From positions 1-64,000 of the forward strand of contig JAKLZA010000010.1 in NCBI GenBank assembly GCA_030704615.1: a stretch of 64,000 nucleotides of DNA, written 5' to 3'. The notes under the pieces are model-generated. The model did no database searches. It saw only the letters and a program-made list of their open reading frames with translations, and had not been told where the DNA came from. The first letter of the stretch is position 1. The number at the start of each line of letters is the position of its first letter. A program made the position numbers and the translations under genes. Positions 11,679 through 23,510 of this stretch are shown in pieces. Source of the stretch: Takakia lepidozioides (lineage: Eukaryota; Plantae; Bryophyta).

Positions 11679-12355
11679 TGTGTGGAGCTCGCATTCCCAA
11701 GTCCAGTTCTCAGCTTTGCCACCAAAGCCACTATAACCTGCTCTTGACTGGTCCTCTTCCCAATCGTGCTTGCTCATGCATGTACACAATCTGAAACCAT
11801 CAAGGTGCTCTGGAATTACCTACAGTATGGTGCTTTCATCTCTGAAGCTGAAGATCGAATGCCAAGGTTTACCACCTCGTAACCCACATCGCCTCCGCTT
11901 CTAACAACCAAGAGCTCCACGGTGCTCCTTGCATAACAACTTGGTTTCTCTCATTCTCAAGCAAAAACCACAAGTGCTACAACTAACTCGTATCTAGCAC
12001 TCATAGATACGAGCTCATCTTTCTCGAGTGATAAAGAAGAAGAATACAAGCACAAGCTCATGCGAGCTCACAAAGCTGAAGCATAAACTCATGCATATAT
12101 AACCTCATCACTCAAATACAAGTCAAGCCAAGTGCACCCCACGCCATGGGGAATCCACACTACGGCGCCATAGCTAGGCGCGGTGAGGCTCAACTCGAGA
12201 AAGATGAGCCTCCCGCGCTTGCCGTGAAGATAACCACTCCAGGGCCTAAATCTGCCTTGACCCCTGGATTGACACTTGGGCCAATCCCAAATGTCAATAT
12301 GTAAAAGCTAGCTATTTCCTAGCTAGTTTCACACTAGTGGTAAAATAACTTGACA
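11679..12355. repeat. Family A LTR/terminal block (TG...CA), orientation ambiguous
   Basis: Contains the second 507-bp repeat. Its 3' part (12186-12355) is homologous to 36709-36883. It ends ...TAACTTGACA where the family B accessory ORF is interrupted. Confidence 0.7.
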
Positions 12356-13348
12356 CCCTTCTTTCTCCAAATCAATTATTTCTGGTGGAACTGCATGGAC
12401 AACTTGTGGTAACTCTGTGACAAGCCGATCATCTGGCTGTGATGGCTGTGATACTGAAGTAACTTCCTCTTCCCTCTCTGAAGGTCCCGCTTTCAATAAT
12501 AGCAGTTTTTTGTGCTGCTGTGCCCCTTCCTGCACAAGAGCTTGGGAAACATTATCATGCGGTTTCCGTGAAGCCAGTGGATCCGCCACTATAGTCTTTC
12601 CCCGCCTCTGTCTCTTAGTCTGGGGTTGCCCTGCCAGTCCACCCTCACTGTGTGAAGAGCCTTGCTCTTCCATTGCAGTGGTTTCAGTCTCAAACACTCC
12701 CATCTCGTTTCTTTCTCGAGCATCAAGTATGCCAGAATCAAGAATTATTTGAGCAATGATTGGGCCAGACACTATGATAGGAGACTTTGCGGCAGTGCCC
12801 TGTAATCTTTTCATCTCCTCTACCAGTGCATTGTACATTATGTCCGCCCATTCTACCTCTTCTCCTCTCAGGGCTTTGAGTATTTCCTCTGTGAAGGATC
12901 TGCTCAAATACTGTTGGTTCTGTTTCATGGCAAATAGAACGTTCAATACCTGGCCTATCTCCCTTAGCCCTGGGTACACGGCCTTGGTACAAGCATAAGC
13001 CTGAGTTTTAAAGAAACTCCCTTCTTGGAATAAGTCCCCTATTTGCAGTCTTGCCCTGTGCTCCTCCACATGCACCTGGCCTGTTGGCAATCGAAACAAT
13101 TGCTGTAGGTATAGGGGAGTAATTTCTAATTCAACTCCCTTCACCGTTGTTGCTCCTGTCCTAGGCTCAAAGTTCTGCAAGAATTGTAACATGTACTATC
13201 TATGGTGCAATGTCCAATCTTTGCTTTGCAATCCTTCCAATCGCAGCTCCTTCAGTAACTTTACCGCCTGTGGAGTAGCAATCGTTTGTTTCTGCAGGAT
13301 TGTGGTGCTCTTCACCCTGATTTCTTCCATTCCTCTCACTCTCTTCAT
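12356..13348 (-). pseudogene. 3' accessory ORF of family B (plant transposon protein / Transposase_32-like)
   Basis: DWTLHHR*YMLQFLQNFEPRTGATTVKGVELEITPLYLQQLFRLP...GEEVEWA; homologous to ORF at 33887-34721; in-frame stop at 13196-13198; truncated at 12356. Confidence 0.6.
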
Positions 13349-14059
13349 TCTAGACCCACAGAAAGGTTTTGGCTGTAACAATTGAAGAAATGCCTGCAGG
13401 GCACAAAGCATAAACGTATGGTTGCCACAAAATGCTACGGGTAATTTCTTGTAAGCCTGCGGGGCTTGCAAGCATCGATCAAGAGAAAAGATTCGCTCTG
13501 TTCTTCTGTCCCTATGCCACTGCGTAAGTAATATTGCGAGCGTATAGTTTGTTGGTTCCTCCATAGCTTCAAAGCTATAGCATTGATGGTTTGTCCCGTC
13601 AAGACGCCCGTTACTTAGAACGACGCCGACTCTTGCGCTTAAATTCCCTCCAATTTCTTGATCCCTTTTCTGGCTTTCGATTGGCTGTAACCGCTGTGAC
13701 TGGATTTTAGATTTAATTTTCTTTAGTGGACTTTCCCTGCTGGACTGTCCACTAGGATAACACATGTGACAAGAATTTTGCTTTTCTGTACTTGCCGTTT
13801 GTTCTGTTGCCCTTTTTCCGTATTCATTAATGGGCCCGCCATTCATCCGAATTGATGTGCTAAGTAGGTATTTTGACGGCCATTCTTGTCCTCTTTCTTG
13901 ATGACACCTGTTCTTGCACTTCCTTCTCAGCTGTGTGTTGCGCCCTGACTTCCACGTGTCCCTTTCTAAACTGGCTTCCGTCCTTTCTTCTGCCGGCCAT
14001 TTCCCTGAAGTTATCATGCGTCCACCTGTCACTGATTCTATGGATTGTGTAACCCTACT

Positions 14060-14300
14060 AGACTATGTTGAGCTGTGACAGGCTGTGTCATACTGTGGTA
14101 CGCTGTGATAGGCTGTGTTGCACTGTGGTAAGCTGTGATACGCTGTGATACGCTGTGGTAGGTTGTGATAGGCTGTATTGCACCGTGTTGGGCTGTGATA
14201 TGCTGTGTCGCGCCTTGCTGGGCTGCGATAGGCTGTGTCGCGTCGTGCTGGGCTGTGATAGGCTGTGTCACGTCGTGATGGGCTGTGATAGGCTGTGTCG
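14060..14300. repeat. 10/30-bp GCTGTGATAG (TCACAGCC-type) repeats at the end of the B1 integrase
   Basis: Visible; same as 63110-63440. Confidence 0.9.
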
Positions 14301-15548
14301 CTCTTGTTTAGCCCGCCCTGGTCATATATGCTCAGCTTAGCGACAAGTGCTCCATACTCCGTTGGTATCACTGGCGCCGCCCGTGACTGCTTTTGCGTTT
14401 CAACATGCAAATCATGCTGCAATGGTTTGTCATTGATACCACTGTACCCCTTCAACTTATTGGCATTGACTCTTCCCAGCATCTCTTTGTTAATGGTTTG
14501 TAACATGGCGGTGTTGTTATCATACATCTTCTGTATGACATAAGATCATTTCCATGGTGATTTAAGCTTAGAAGCTTTAATCTTTCCCTTCTTCTGCAAC
14601 CATAGAACCAAATCTCCCATCTTAAAAGTCTTTATCTTGCCTTCATCAAACTGTTCCTTTCTTTTCATCTGAATTCTGGTCATGTTATCAGCTGCATCAG
14701 CACGTACTTCTTCCACATGGTATAATTCATGTTTCCTGACCTTAATGGAATCTTGCAATTTCATTGTCTTTCCCCATTCCGTTCTCATGGTAGGTAACAG
14801 GAATTCCACTGGAAGTAAAGCTTTCATACCATAAACTAATTGGAATGGTGTATACTTAGTGGTGACTTTATATGAAGTCATGTATGACCACAAAGCTGTC
14901 AGCAGCTTTGTATCCCAATCCGTTCTGTTTGCATTGACTATCTTAGCCAAGATAGTACATAGTATTTTGTTGGTAGCCTCTGCCTGCCCATTACCCTGTG
15001 GGTAATATGTTGTACTCTTCCTATGCACAATCATGAACTCTTTAGTCAATAATTCAATGGTCTCATTAATGAAGTGACTTCCCTGATCACTGATAAATTC
15101 CAAGGGACAGCCAAATCGTGTAAGTATGTTCTCATACAGGAACCTTGCTGTGGACTTGGTTGTGTTGTCCCTCAAAGCTTTAGCTTCCACCCACTTCGTA
15201 GTATAATCAGTGGCTGTAATTATGTACCTGTTCTGTGTATTCTTGGCTGGTGGGTTAATTGGTCCAACAAAGTCTAGTCCCCATTTCTGAAATGGTTCCG
15301 TAGGCATTGTAGGATGCAAAGCCATCTTCCCAGATCTCTGCAAAGGTCCTAGCCTCTGACATTCATCACAACTCTGACAATACTTGTGTACATCTTTGAA
15401 CAAAGTAGGCCACCAGTAACCTGCATGTAGTATCTTCCTGCTGGTAGTCTCTTCTCCAAAATGACCTCCTGCCACTCCTTTATGAACTTCCTCCAAAACT
15501 TTATTAACTTCATGGTGGTATAAGCATCGCTTCAGCACTCCATCTGGT
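14063..15548 (-). pseudogene. pol: Integrase of B1 (3' part of pol, after MULE insertion)
   Basis: H-H-C-C, WGLDF, SDQGSHF, GQAE; near-identical to 61870-63500. Confidence 0.93.
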
Positions 15549-15711
15549 GGGGGCTGCTATTTCATGAGCGGCATGAGCATGAGCAGAAAAAAAAAAAACA
15601 TGAGCAGACCATTGTAAGTCCACGGAAATAGGGTTAGGAGGCACGGAAATAGGGTCATGTGAAGTTGGAATGTGGCACCAGTGGACTTGAAATGCAACAT
15701 TTTATTGCATT

Positions 15712-16652
15712 TACTTGCCGAAAATGGCTAAGTCCCAGATCTGACTAGGCCCGGAACTGGAAAAATGGCGCCGAATTTCCGATTTTGGTGCCAGTCAGAT
15801 CTGGGACTTAGCCATTTTAGGCCCCGAACTAGAACAATGGCGTTTTTTTTGTTTTTTTTTTTTTTTTTCGGTGCCATTTTACCAGTTCGGGGCCTAAAAT
15901 GGCTAAGTCCCAGATCTGACTGGGCCCGGAACTGGCAAAATGGCGCCGAATTTCCGATTTTGGTGCCAGCCACTCTAGGGACTTAGCCATTTTCGGCCCT
16001 GAAAGTACCCACTGGCTATGCCTCTGCTTTCAAAAAACATGTGGTCAAACAAAAGTTGAGCCAATTGAACTCGTTCTAGTACTTGAGATGGAGAGTGGGT
16101 GAGGTCTGTATGGTGGAGTCTTTTAGCAAAGGTGCCATTGGCTTGACTTATATAACGTGATAGAATGGTTTCTCCTCTTTTCACCATTTCCGTATCACTA
16201 GAAGAAGACCTGCTTACATCTATAAGTGCAAGGTGTTAGCATAGTTAACACTTGTGTGTGGAAAAGAGCTTGATAGATAGCTCGTAAGTTACAAGCTGTT
16301 GCAGGGTTTGCAAGAAGAAAGTCTTGTGGTGTTTATGTACAAGAGGAGGTCTTCAAGAAGAGCATCATTGAAAGTTTGAGAGCTTGTGAAGAAGCTCTTG
16401 TTCTGCAAGTGTTGCAGGGTTTGAGGAGTTCAAGAAGAGCTCGGGTGTTAAGGAAGCAAGTGGTGCATGTGTGGAGTATGGTTTCAGCTTGTGGGAGTCT
16501 TCAACTTCCATTTTTCCTGTTCGGGGCCGAAAATGGCTAAGTCCCAGATCTGACTGGGCCCAGAACTGGAAAAATGGCGCCGAATTTCCGATTTTGGGTG
16601 CCAGTCAGATCTGGGACTTAGCCGTTTTCGGCCCGGAACTAGAAAAATATCC

Positions 16653-16696
<44 letters not shown>

Positions 16697-17593
16697 CGGC
16701 GCGATTTATCCAGTTCGGGGCCGAAAATGGCTAAGTCCCAGATCTGACTGGGCCCAGAAATGGAAAAATGGTGCCGAATTTCCGATTTTGGGTGCCAGTC
16801 AGATCTGGGACTTAGCCGTTTTCGGCCCCGAACAGGAAAAATGGCGTTTATTTATTTATTTTTATTTTCTTTTTATTTTATTTTCGGCGCCATTTTTCCA
16901 TTTCGGGGCCGAAAATGGCTAAGTCCCAGATCTGACTGGCACCAAAATCGGAAATTCGGCGCCATTTTTCCAGTCATGCAGGTAATTCGAAGAGCGGATG
17001 GATGGAAATCCGGCGCCGGATTACCATCCGCCAACTAGGTCGGCGCGCAAAATTTCCGTCATGCAGGTAATTCGAAGAGCGGATGGATGAAAATCCGGCG
17101 CCGGATTTCCATCCATCCGCTCTTGGAATTACCTGCATGACTGGAAAAATGGCGCCGAATTTCCGATTTTGGGTGCCAGTCAGATCTGGGACTTAGCCGT
17201 TTTCGGCCCCTAACAAGAAAAATGGCGTTTTTTTTTTTTTTTTTTTTTTTTCGGCGACATTTTTCCATTTCGTTGCCGAAAATGTCTAAGTCCCAGATCT
17301 GACTGGCACCAAAATCGGAAATTCGGCGCCATTTTTCCAGTCATGCAGGTAATTCCAAGAGCGGAGGGATGGAAATCCGGAGCCGGATTTCCATCCACCA
17401 GGTAAGTCGGCGCGCAAAATTTCCGTCATGCAGGTAATTCGAAGAGCGGATGGATGAAAATCCGGCGCCGGATTTCCATCCATCCGCTCTTGGAATTACC
17501 TGCATGACTGGAAAAATGGCGCCGAATTTCCGATTTTGGGTGCCAGTCAGATCTGGCACTTAGCCGTTTTCGGCCCCGACATGGAAAAATGGC

Positions 17594-17628
<35 letters not shown>

Positions 17629-17969
17629 GCGCCATTTTTCCATTTCGGGGCCGAAAATGGCTAAGTCCCAGATCTGACTTGCACCAAAATCGGAAATTCG
17701 GCGCCATTTTTCCAGTCATGCAGGTAATTCGAAGAGCGGATGGATGGAAATCCGGCGCCGGATTACCATCCGCCAACTAGGTCGGCGCGGAAAAATTTCC
17801 GTCGTGCAGGTAATTCGAAGAGCGGATGGATGAAAATCCGGCGCCGGATTTCCATCCATCCGCTCTTGGAATTACCTGCATGACTGGAAAAATGGCGCCG
17901 AATTTCCGATTTTGGGTGCCAGTCAGATCTGGGACTTAGCCGTTTTCGGCCCCGACATGGAAAAATGGC

Positions 17970-18008
<39 letters not shown>

Positions 18009-20700
18009 GCGCCTTTTTTCCATTTCGGGGCCGAAAATGGCTAAGTCCCAGATCTGACTTGCACCAAAATCGGAAATTCGGCGCCATTTTTCCAGTCATG
18101 CAGGTAATTCCAAGAGCGGATGGATGGAAATCCGGCGCCGGATTTCCATCCACCAGGTAAGTCGGCGCGCAAAATTTCCGTCGTGCAGGTAATTCGAAGA
18201 GCGGATGGATGGAAATCCGGCGCCGAATTTCCATCCGCCAGCTAGGTCGGCGCGCAAAATTTCCGTCGTGCAGGTAATTGGAAGAGCGGATGGATGGAAA
18301 TTCGGCACCGGATTTCCATCCGCAAGGTTGGTCGGAGAGCGGATGGATGGAGATCCGGCACCGGATTTCCATCCTGCAGGTAAGTGGAATCCCGGATGGA
18401 TGGAAGTCCGGCGCCGAATTTCCATCCTGCAGGTAATTCGAATCCCGGATGGATGGAAATTCGGCGCCGGATTTCCATCCAGCAGGTGGAATCCCGGATG
18501 GATGGAAATCCGGCGCCGAATTTCCATCCTGCAGGTAATTCGAATCCCGGATGGATGGAAATCCGGCGCCGGATTTCCATCCTGCAGGTAATTCGAATCC
18601 CGGATGGATGGAAATCCGGCGCCGGATTTCCATCCTGCAGGTAATTCGAATCCCGGATGGATGGAAATCCGGCGCCGGATTTCCATCCTGCAGGTAAGTG
18701 GAATCCCGGATGGATGGAAATCCGGCGCCGGATTTCCATCCTGCAGGTAAGTGGAAACCCGGATGGATGGAAATCCGGCGCCGGATTTCCATCCTGCAGG
18801 TAATTCGAATCCCGGATGGATGGAAATTCGGCGCCGGATTTCCATCCTGCAGGTAATTCGAATCCCGGATGGATGGAAATTCGGCGCCGGATTTCCATCC
18901 TGCAGGTAATTCGAATCCCGGATGGATGGAAATTCGGCGCCGGATTTCCATCCTGCAGGTAATTCGAATCCCGGATGGATGGAAATTCGGCGCCGGATTT
19001 CCATCCAGCAGGTAAGTGGAATCCCGGATGATTGGAAATTCGGCGCCGAATTTCCGTCCAGCAGGTAATTCGAATCCCGGATGGATGGAAATTCGGCGCC
19101 GCATTTCCATCCAGCAGGTTATTGGAATCCCGGATGGATCGAAATCCGGCGCCGAATTTCCATCCTGCAGGTATTTCATCGCTGAGAATTACCTTCCTGC
19201 AGGTAATTCTGATCAATGAATTACCTTCCTGTAGGTAATTCTCAGCGATGAATTACCTTCCTGCAGGTAATTCTGAGCGAGGAATTACCTTCCTACCTTC
19301 GTCGATAAGAATTACCTGTAGGAAGGTAATTCATCGCTGAGAATTACCTGCAGGAAGGTAATTCATCGATCAGAATTACCTGCAGGAAGGTAATTCTCAG
19401 CGATGAAATACCTGCCTAATGGAAATTCGGCGCCGAATATCCATACGCCAGCGATCCGACTTACCAGCTGGATGGAAATTCGGTGCCGGATTTCTATCCA
19501 TCCGGGATTCAACTTACCTGCTGGATGGAAATTCGGCGCCGAATTTCCATCCATCCGGGATTCGAATTACCTGCAGGATGGATATGCGGCGCCGGATTTC
19601 GATCGATCCGGGATTTCACTTACCTGCTGGATGGAAATTCGGCGCCGAATTTCCATCCATCCGGGATTCGAATTACCTGCAGGATGGATATGCGGCGCCG
19701 GATTTCGATCGATCCGGGATTTCACTTACCTGCTGGATGGAAATTCGGCGCCGGATTTCCATCCATCCGGGATTCGAATTACCTGCAGGATGGATATGCG
19801 GCGCCGGATTTCGATCGATCCGGGATTTCACTTACCTGCTGGATGGAAATTCGGCGCCGGATTTCCATCCATCCGGGATTCAACTTACCTGCTGGATGGA
19901 AATTCGGCGCCGAATTTCCATCCATCCGGGATTCGAATTACCTGCAGGATGGATATGCGGCGCCGGATTTCGATCGATCCGGGATTTCACTTACCTGCTA
20001 GATGGAAATTCGGCGCCGAATTTCCATCCGGGGGCTGGTCTCTGTCGGAGAGGTGCCGGCCTCTCCGCCGCTCTGTTGGATATTCGGTGCCGAATTTCCG
20101 TCCGGCGGTTGAAATATGACGGCCAGGTGCCGACCTCTCCCCCCTCCCCAACCGCATTGGAATGGCCCCGGATTGAAATTCGGCGCCGTTTTCCCATCTG
20201 GGGAGGTTTTTATGTCGGCCAGTTTTCAGTCTGACACCCCGACAAGACTTCCTTGGGGGGCCCGGATGGAAATTCGGCGCCGAATCTCCATCCAAGGGAT
20301 GCTCTCTGTCGAACACGTGCCGACCTCTACGCCCGAGGCGACTTCATCCGGGCGTCCCCTGTTCGATATTCGGTGCCGAATTTCCGTCCGGGGGTTGAAA
20401 TGTGACGGCCAAGTGCCGGCCTCTCCCCCCTCCCCGACTGCATCCGAACCGCCCCGGATGGAAATTCGGCGCCGTTTTTCCATCTGGGGATGTTTTTATG
20501 CCGGCCAGTTTTCGGCCTGACCCCCCGACACGACTTCCTTTACCTGCTGGATGGAAATTCGGCGCCGAATCTCCATCCAGGGGATGTTCTCTGTCGCACA
20601 CGCGCCGGCCTCTGCGCCCGAGGCGACTTCATCCGGGCTTCCCCTGTTGGATATTGGGTGCCGAATTTCCATTCGGGGGTAGTAATGTGACGGCACGGTG
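15712..20700. repeat. Subterminal array of palindromes GGAAAT(T/C)CGGCGCCG(A/G)ATTTCC: ~365-bp foldback modules with poly-T centres, then 53-bp units in two opposed arms
   Basis: Directly visible; orientation flips at ~19300. Confidence 0.92.
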
Positions 20701-20976
20701 CCGGCTTCTCCCCTTCAGCCGTCATCATCCGGACGGCCCCCCACTTTCTGACTGCATACCGTTGGCAGTTATTGCGCAAAGACCAGGGGCCGCATTCCGG
20801 AGACAAGGTTCATTAACACTCTGACTGTGGATTTTTGAGATAGTTGGCTCCCTGGATTTGGATCAGGCTTCATCGCTCGGACAAATCGGCATCGCATTCA
20901 TTCCCATCGCTGCATCCCCCTTCTACCAGGGAGCTTCCCCGCACTCCATCCTGGGAGTCTTGTGTGTACATCTCCC

Positions 20977-23064
20977 ATGGCGGAAAACCCGAGCGCTACA
21001 GTGTACTGCCCTCCTCACGAGCATAGAGCTTCATTTCCGTGCAGAGGGGACACCTGCCGGGTGATGGAGAAATATCTGTGCGTTCGATACCACCTGAAAC
21101 CGGGGTCGGTTTTTTTGGAGGAGGAAAGGAAGGACTCTAACGGCCTTGTTGTCGACAGTATTGTTGTGCTCCACGATGATTTCGGCGATGGCAGGGAATG
21201 GCGAGTTCCACCATTGGACAGCGTCATATACAGGGCTGTTGGGGACTTTATTTGCCCGCCAAATGCACCTTCTATCCTGGCGCCTTCCACGAAACAATCC
21301 GCGAATCAGAGAGTGGCTACCTCAAAGAGAGAAGTCCGCAACGAAGTAAATCCAGAGCCGAACCCATCCATGAAGACGAGCCAGAACCGGGTTGTTCACA
21401 ACCTGTCCGACTCAGACGAGGTCATGGAAGTTCCGAGGTCGTCCTGGAGATCAGGCAAGTCCTCAATGGACGTCAGTGGAGGAGGGAGTCATATTCCCAG
21501 CACGAGCACCGCAGTTCGATCTATTCTTGAAATTCTGCGAGGGCTTCACCTGGAGGGACACCGGTCGGAGCTGGCCGGGCTGGACTACAGCAAGTTCGCA
21601 ATTAAATCGGTTACATGCCTTCCCGCCGACGTCGACGGTAATATCTTCTTTGAGTTCCCTCCTCGGGCGGACTACTCGAGGGCGTCCGGAATGTTGACAG
21701 ATATGGATAGAAAACATGACGGTCATCCTTGGTGCGTTACCAAAACCACCAGCATGAAGATGCTCGATGGTGTGCGGGTGCGCTACGTTGTTTGTGCGGG
21801 CGCGTTGCGGTGTTTCTCCCCAACTTGCTTCCACTTTAAATCCAGAGGTCACAGGAACGAGACCGATTGGACAGGCACAGCTCATCAACCATTTCGAGCT
21901 CAGGAGAAGGTTCCGAACTCCACATTTAAGTGTGCGCATTGCAAAGAACCACCACACTGCATGTCTATTTGTAATGCCAAGCAGTTCTATGTGTTGCACC
22001 GTTTCCCTGACCTCACACCAGCTTGCATACACGTTGGTTCCCATTGTCACAAATTGGCGAGGGGGAACTCGCGGGAGGCTGCCCACGAAGCAGAGCAGCT
22101 CGTTCAGGAGGAGGTTAAGTTGAGATCGGGTGCCAAACCCAAACAGATACAGCTCCAAGCCGCCCATAAGATGGCATTGGCCAGAATTATGTCGGAAGAC
22201 GGCTCCGATAGAGTTCCTCTCGACGAGAAGGAAATGGAGGCATTGCTGGAGTCGGTGTCCCACGTATGTTCACCGAATGTCCGAAACCACATTGTCTCAT
22301 GCAAACAGAAAATTGGGCGTGGCTCGGATATGCACTCCATTCTGGAGGTGAAGCGACGATGTGGATATGACTACATTCATGGAAGTAGGTTTCCAGGACA
22401 ATGGACTGAGGCAGATCGTTGTTTCGTATTCAAAATGTCCACGTGTGGACCTGGCAGCGGCGTCGAACTGGTTGACAGGATGACGAGTAGGAACTTGTCA
22501 AACAGTTTGGTCATGTTCGACCATATCAAGTGAATTACAAATCACCAGTGGGTGACAATGGGTGCACATGTCTACGACACCCACTGCAGGATGCTAATGA
22601 CAATTGCTATTTGTGAGATGAAAGGAGAGGACACACAATCGGAGATGCTTCTTTGGCAGGGAATAAACGAACAGATGGCCAAGGCGGGATTGCCCCCTCC
22701 GAATTTCCGTGGTTTCATGGCAGACAACGCACAAGCAAATTGGGCTGCCATCCGAAGGGTGTACGGGCAAGACCCCAATGTTCCCATGGAAGGCAAGGAG
22801 AGATCTTGTGGGTTCCATTTTCTGCAAAGCCTTTCGCAGTACACAACCAGGCTCGTGGCGCCAGATTTCAGAGAGGAGCACCGTTCCATGTGCCTTGCGT
22901 GGAAGCGCGCTCCTACCTTGGATGATGCAGAGACACAGTTTGCATGCATACGGGCTTGGTGGACATCGTCAGGTGTTGTAAGGAAATCAGACGAGGGAGC
23001 AATGGTCAGTTGGCTAGCATGGTGGCATTATCGTTTCCTCCAGTTCGGCGACTATATGCGGGAG
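20977..23064 (+). pseudogene. MULE transposase exon 1 (GCM-like Zn domain + DDE core), 3' exon missing
   Basis: DGHPWCVTKT...CAGALRCFSPTC...CAHC...C...HVGSHCH; MFDH, FMADNAQA, RSCGFHFLQ; TGA at 22531 (Arg in homolog); ends at donor GAG|GTGAGT 23065. Confidence 0.85.
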
Positions 23065-23510
23065 GTGAGTTGCACGTCTGAAAATGCTAAGTCCGAACTG
23101 GCTAAGTCCGAACATGCACTGGAAAAATGGCGCTGAATTACCTGTCATGAGGGGACCTATAGCCGCGGAATTCGTTCCCATTTTTCGCCAGAGAGACCTA
23201 TTACCGCGAAATACATCGCCGTTTTTCAGGTTACGGACCCTATTACCGCGAAATTCGGCGCCATATTTGCACATGTCGCTGGGAATTGGCATGAGCGGAA
23301 GACGAAATATCATGAGCACAACTGTCAAAAGTGCAATTTTCCCTTCAAGGGGCCGATTAATATATTTGTTTTTCCTGACACATTGCATTAAATTATTGTT
23401 TTTTATTGTTTTTTATTTTCGAAATTTGTACTTCTGCTCATGAAAACCGATTGTGTTACTACTCTGCTCATGCCGCTCATGCCGCTCATGCTCATGAAAT
23501 AGCAAACCTC

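Larger units (their letters stand above)
4646..12355 (+). mobile_element. Family A Ty3/Gypsy retrotransposon carrying DNA methyltransferase and PHD finger (copy A1; 5' gag missing, rearranged)
   Basis: Domain order PR-(DNMT)-RT-RH-INT, PPT at ~11668-11678, flanking 507-bp direct repeats. Confidence 0.92.
15549..23510 (+). mobile_element. Mutator-like (MULE) DNA transposon inserted in B1 pol
   Basis: TIRs GGGGGCTGCTATTTCATGAGC / GCTCATGAAATAGCAAACCTC; TSD CATCTGGT at 15541-15548 and 23511-23518 (8 bp by TIR symmetry, up to 11 bp apparent); empty site present in B2 (~61861-61875). Confidence 0.93.

Noticed and set aside
17923-20234. Repetitive ORFs (MEIRRRISIHP...) and CRISPR-like appearance
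   Set aside because: Translations of 53-bp tandem palindromes; the intervening sequences are repeated, not unique spacers; no cas genes; eukaryotic context.
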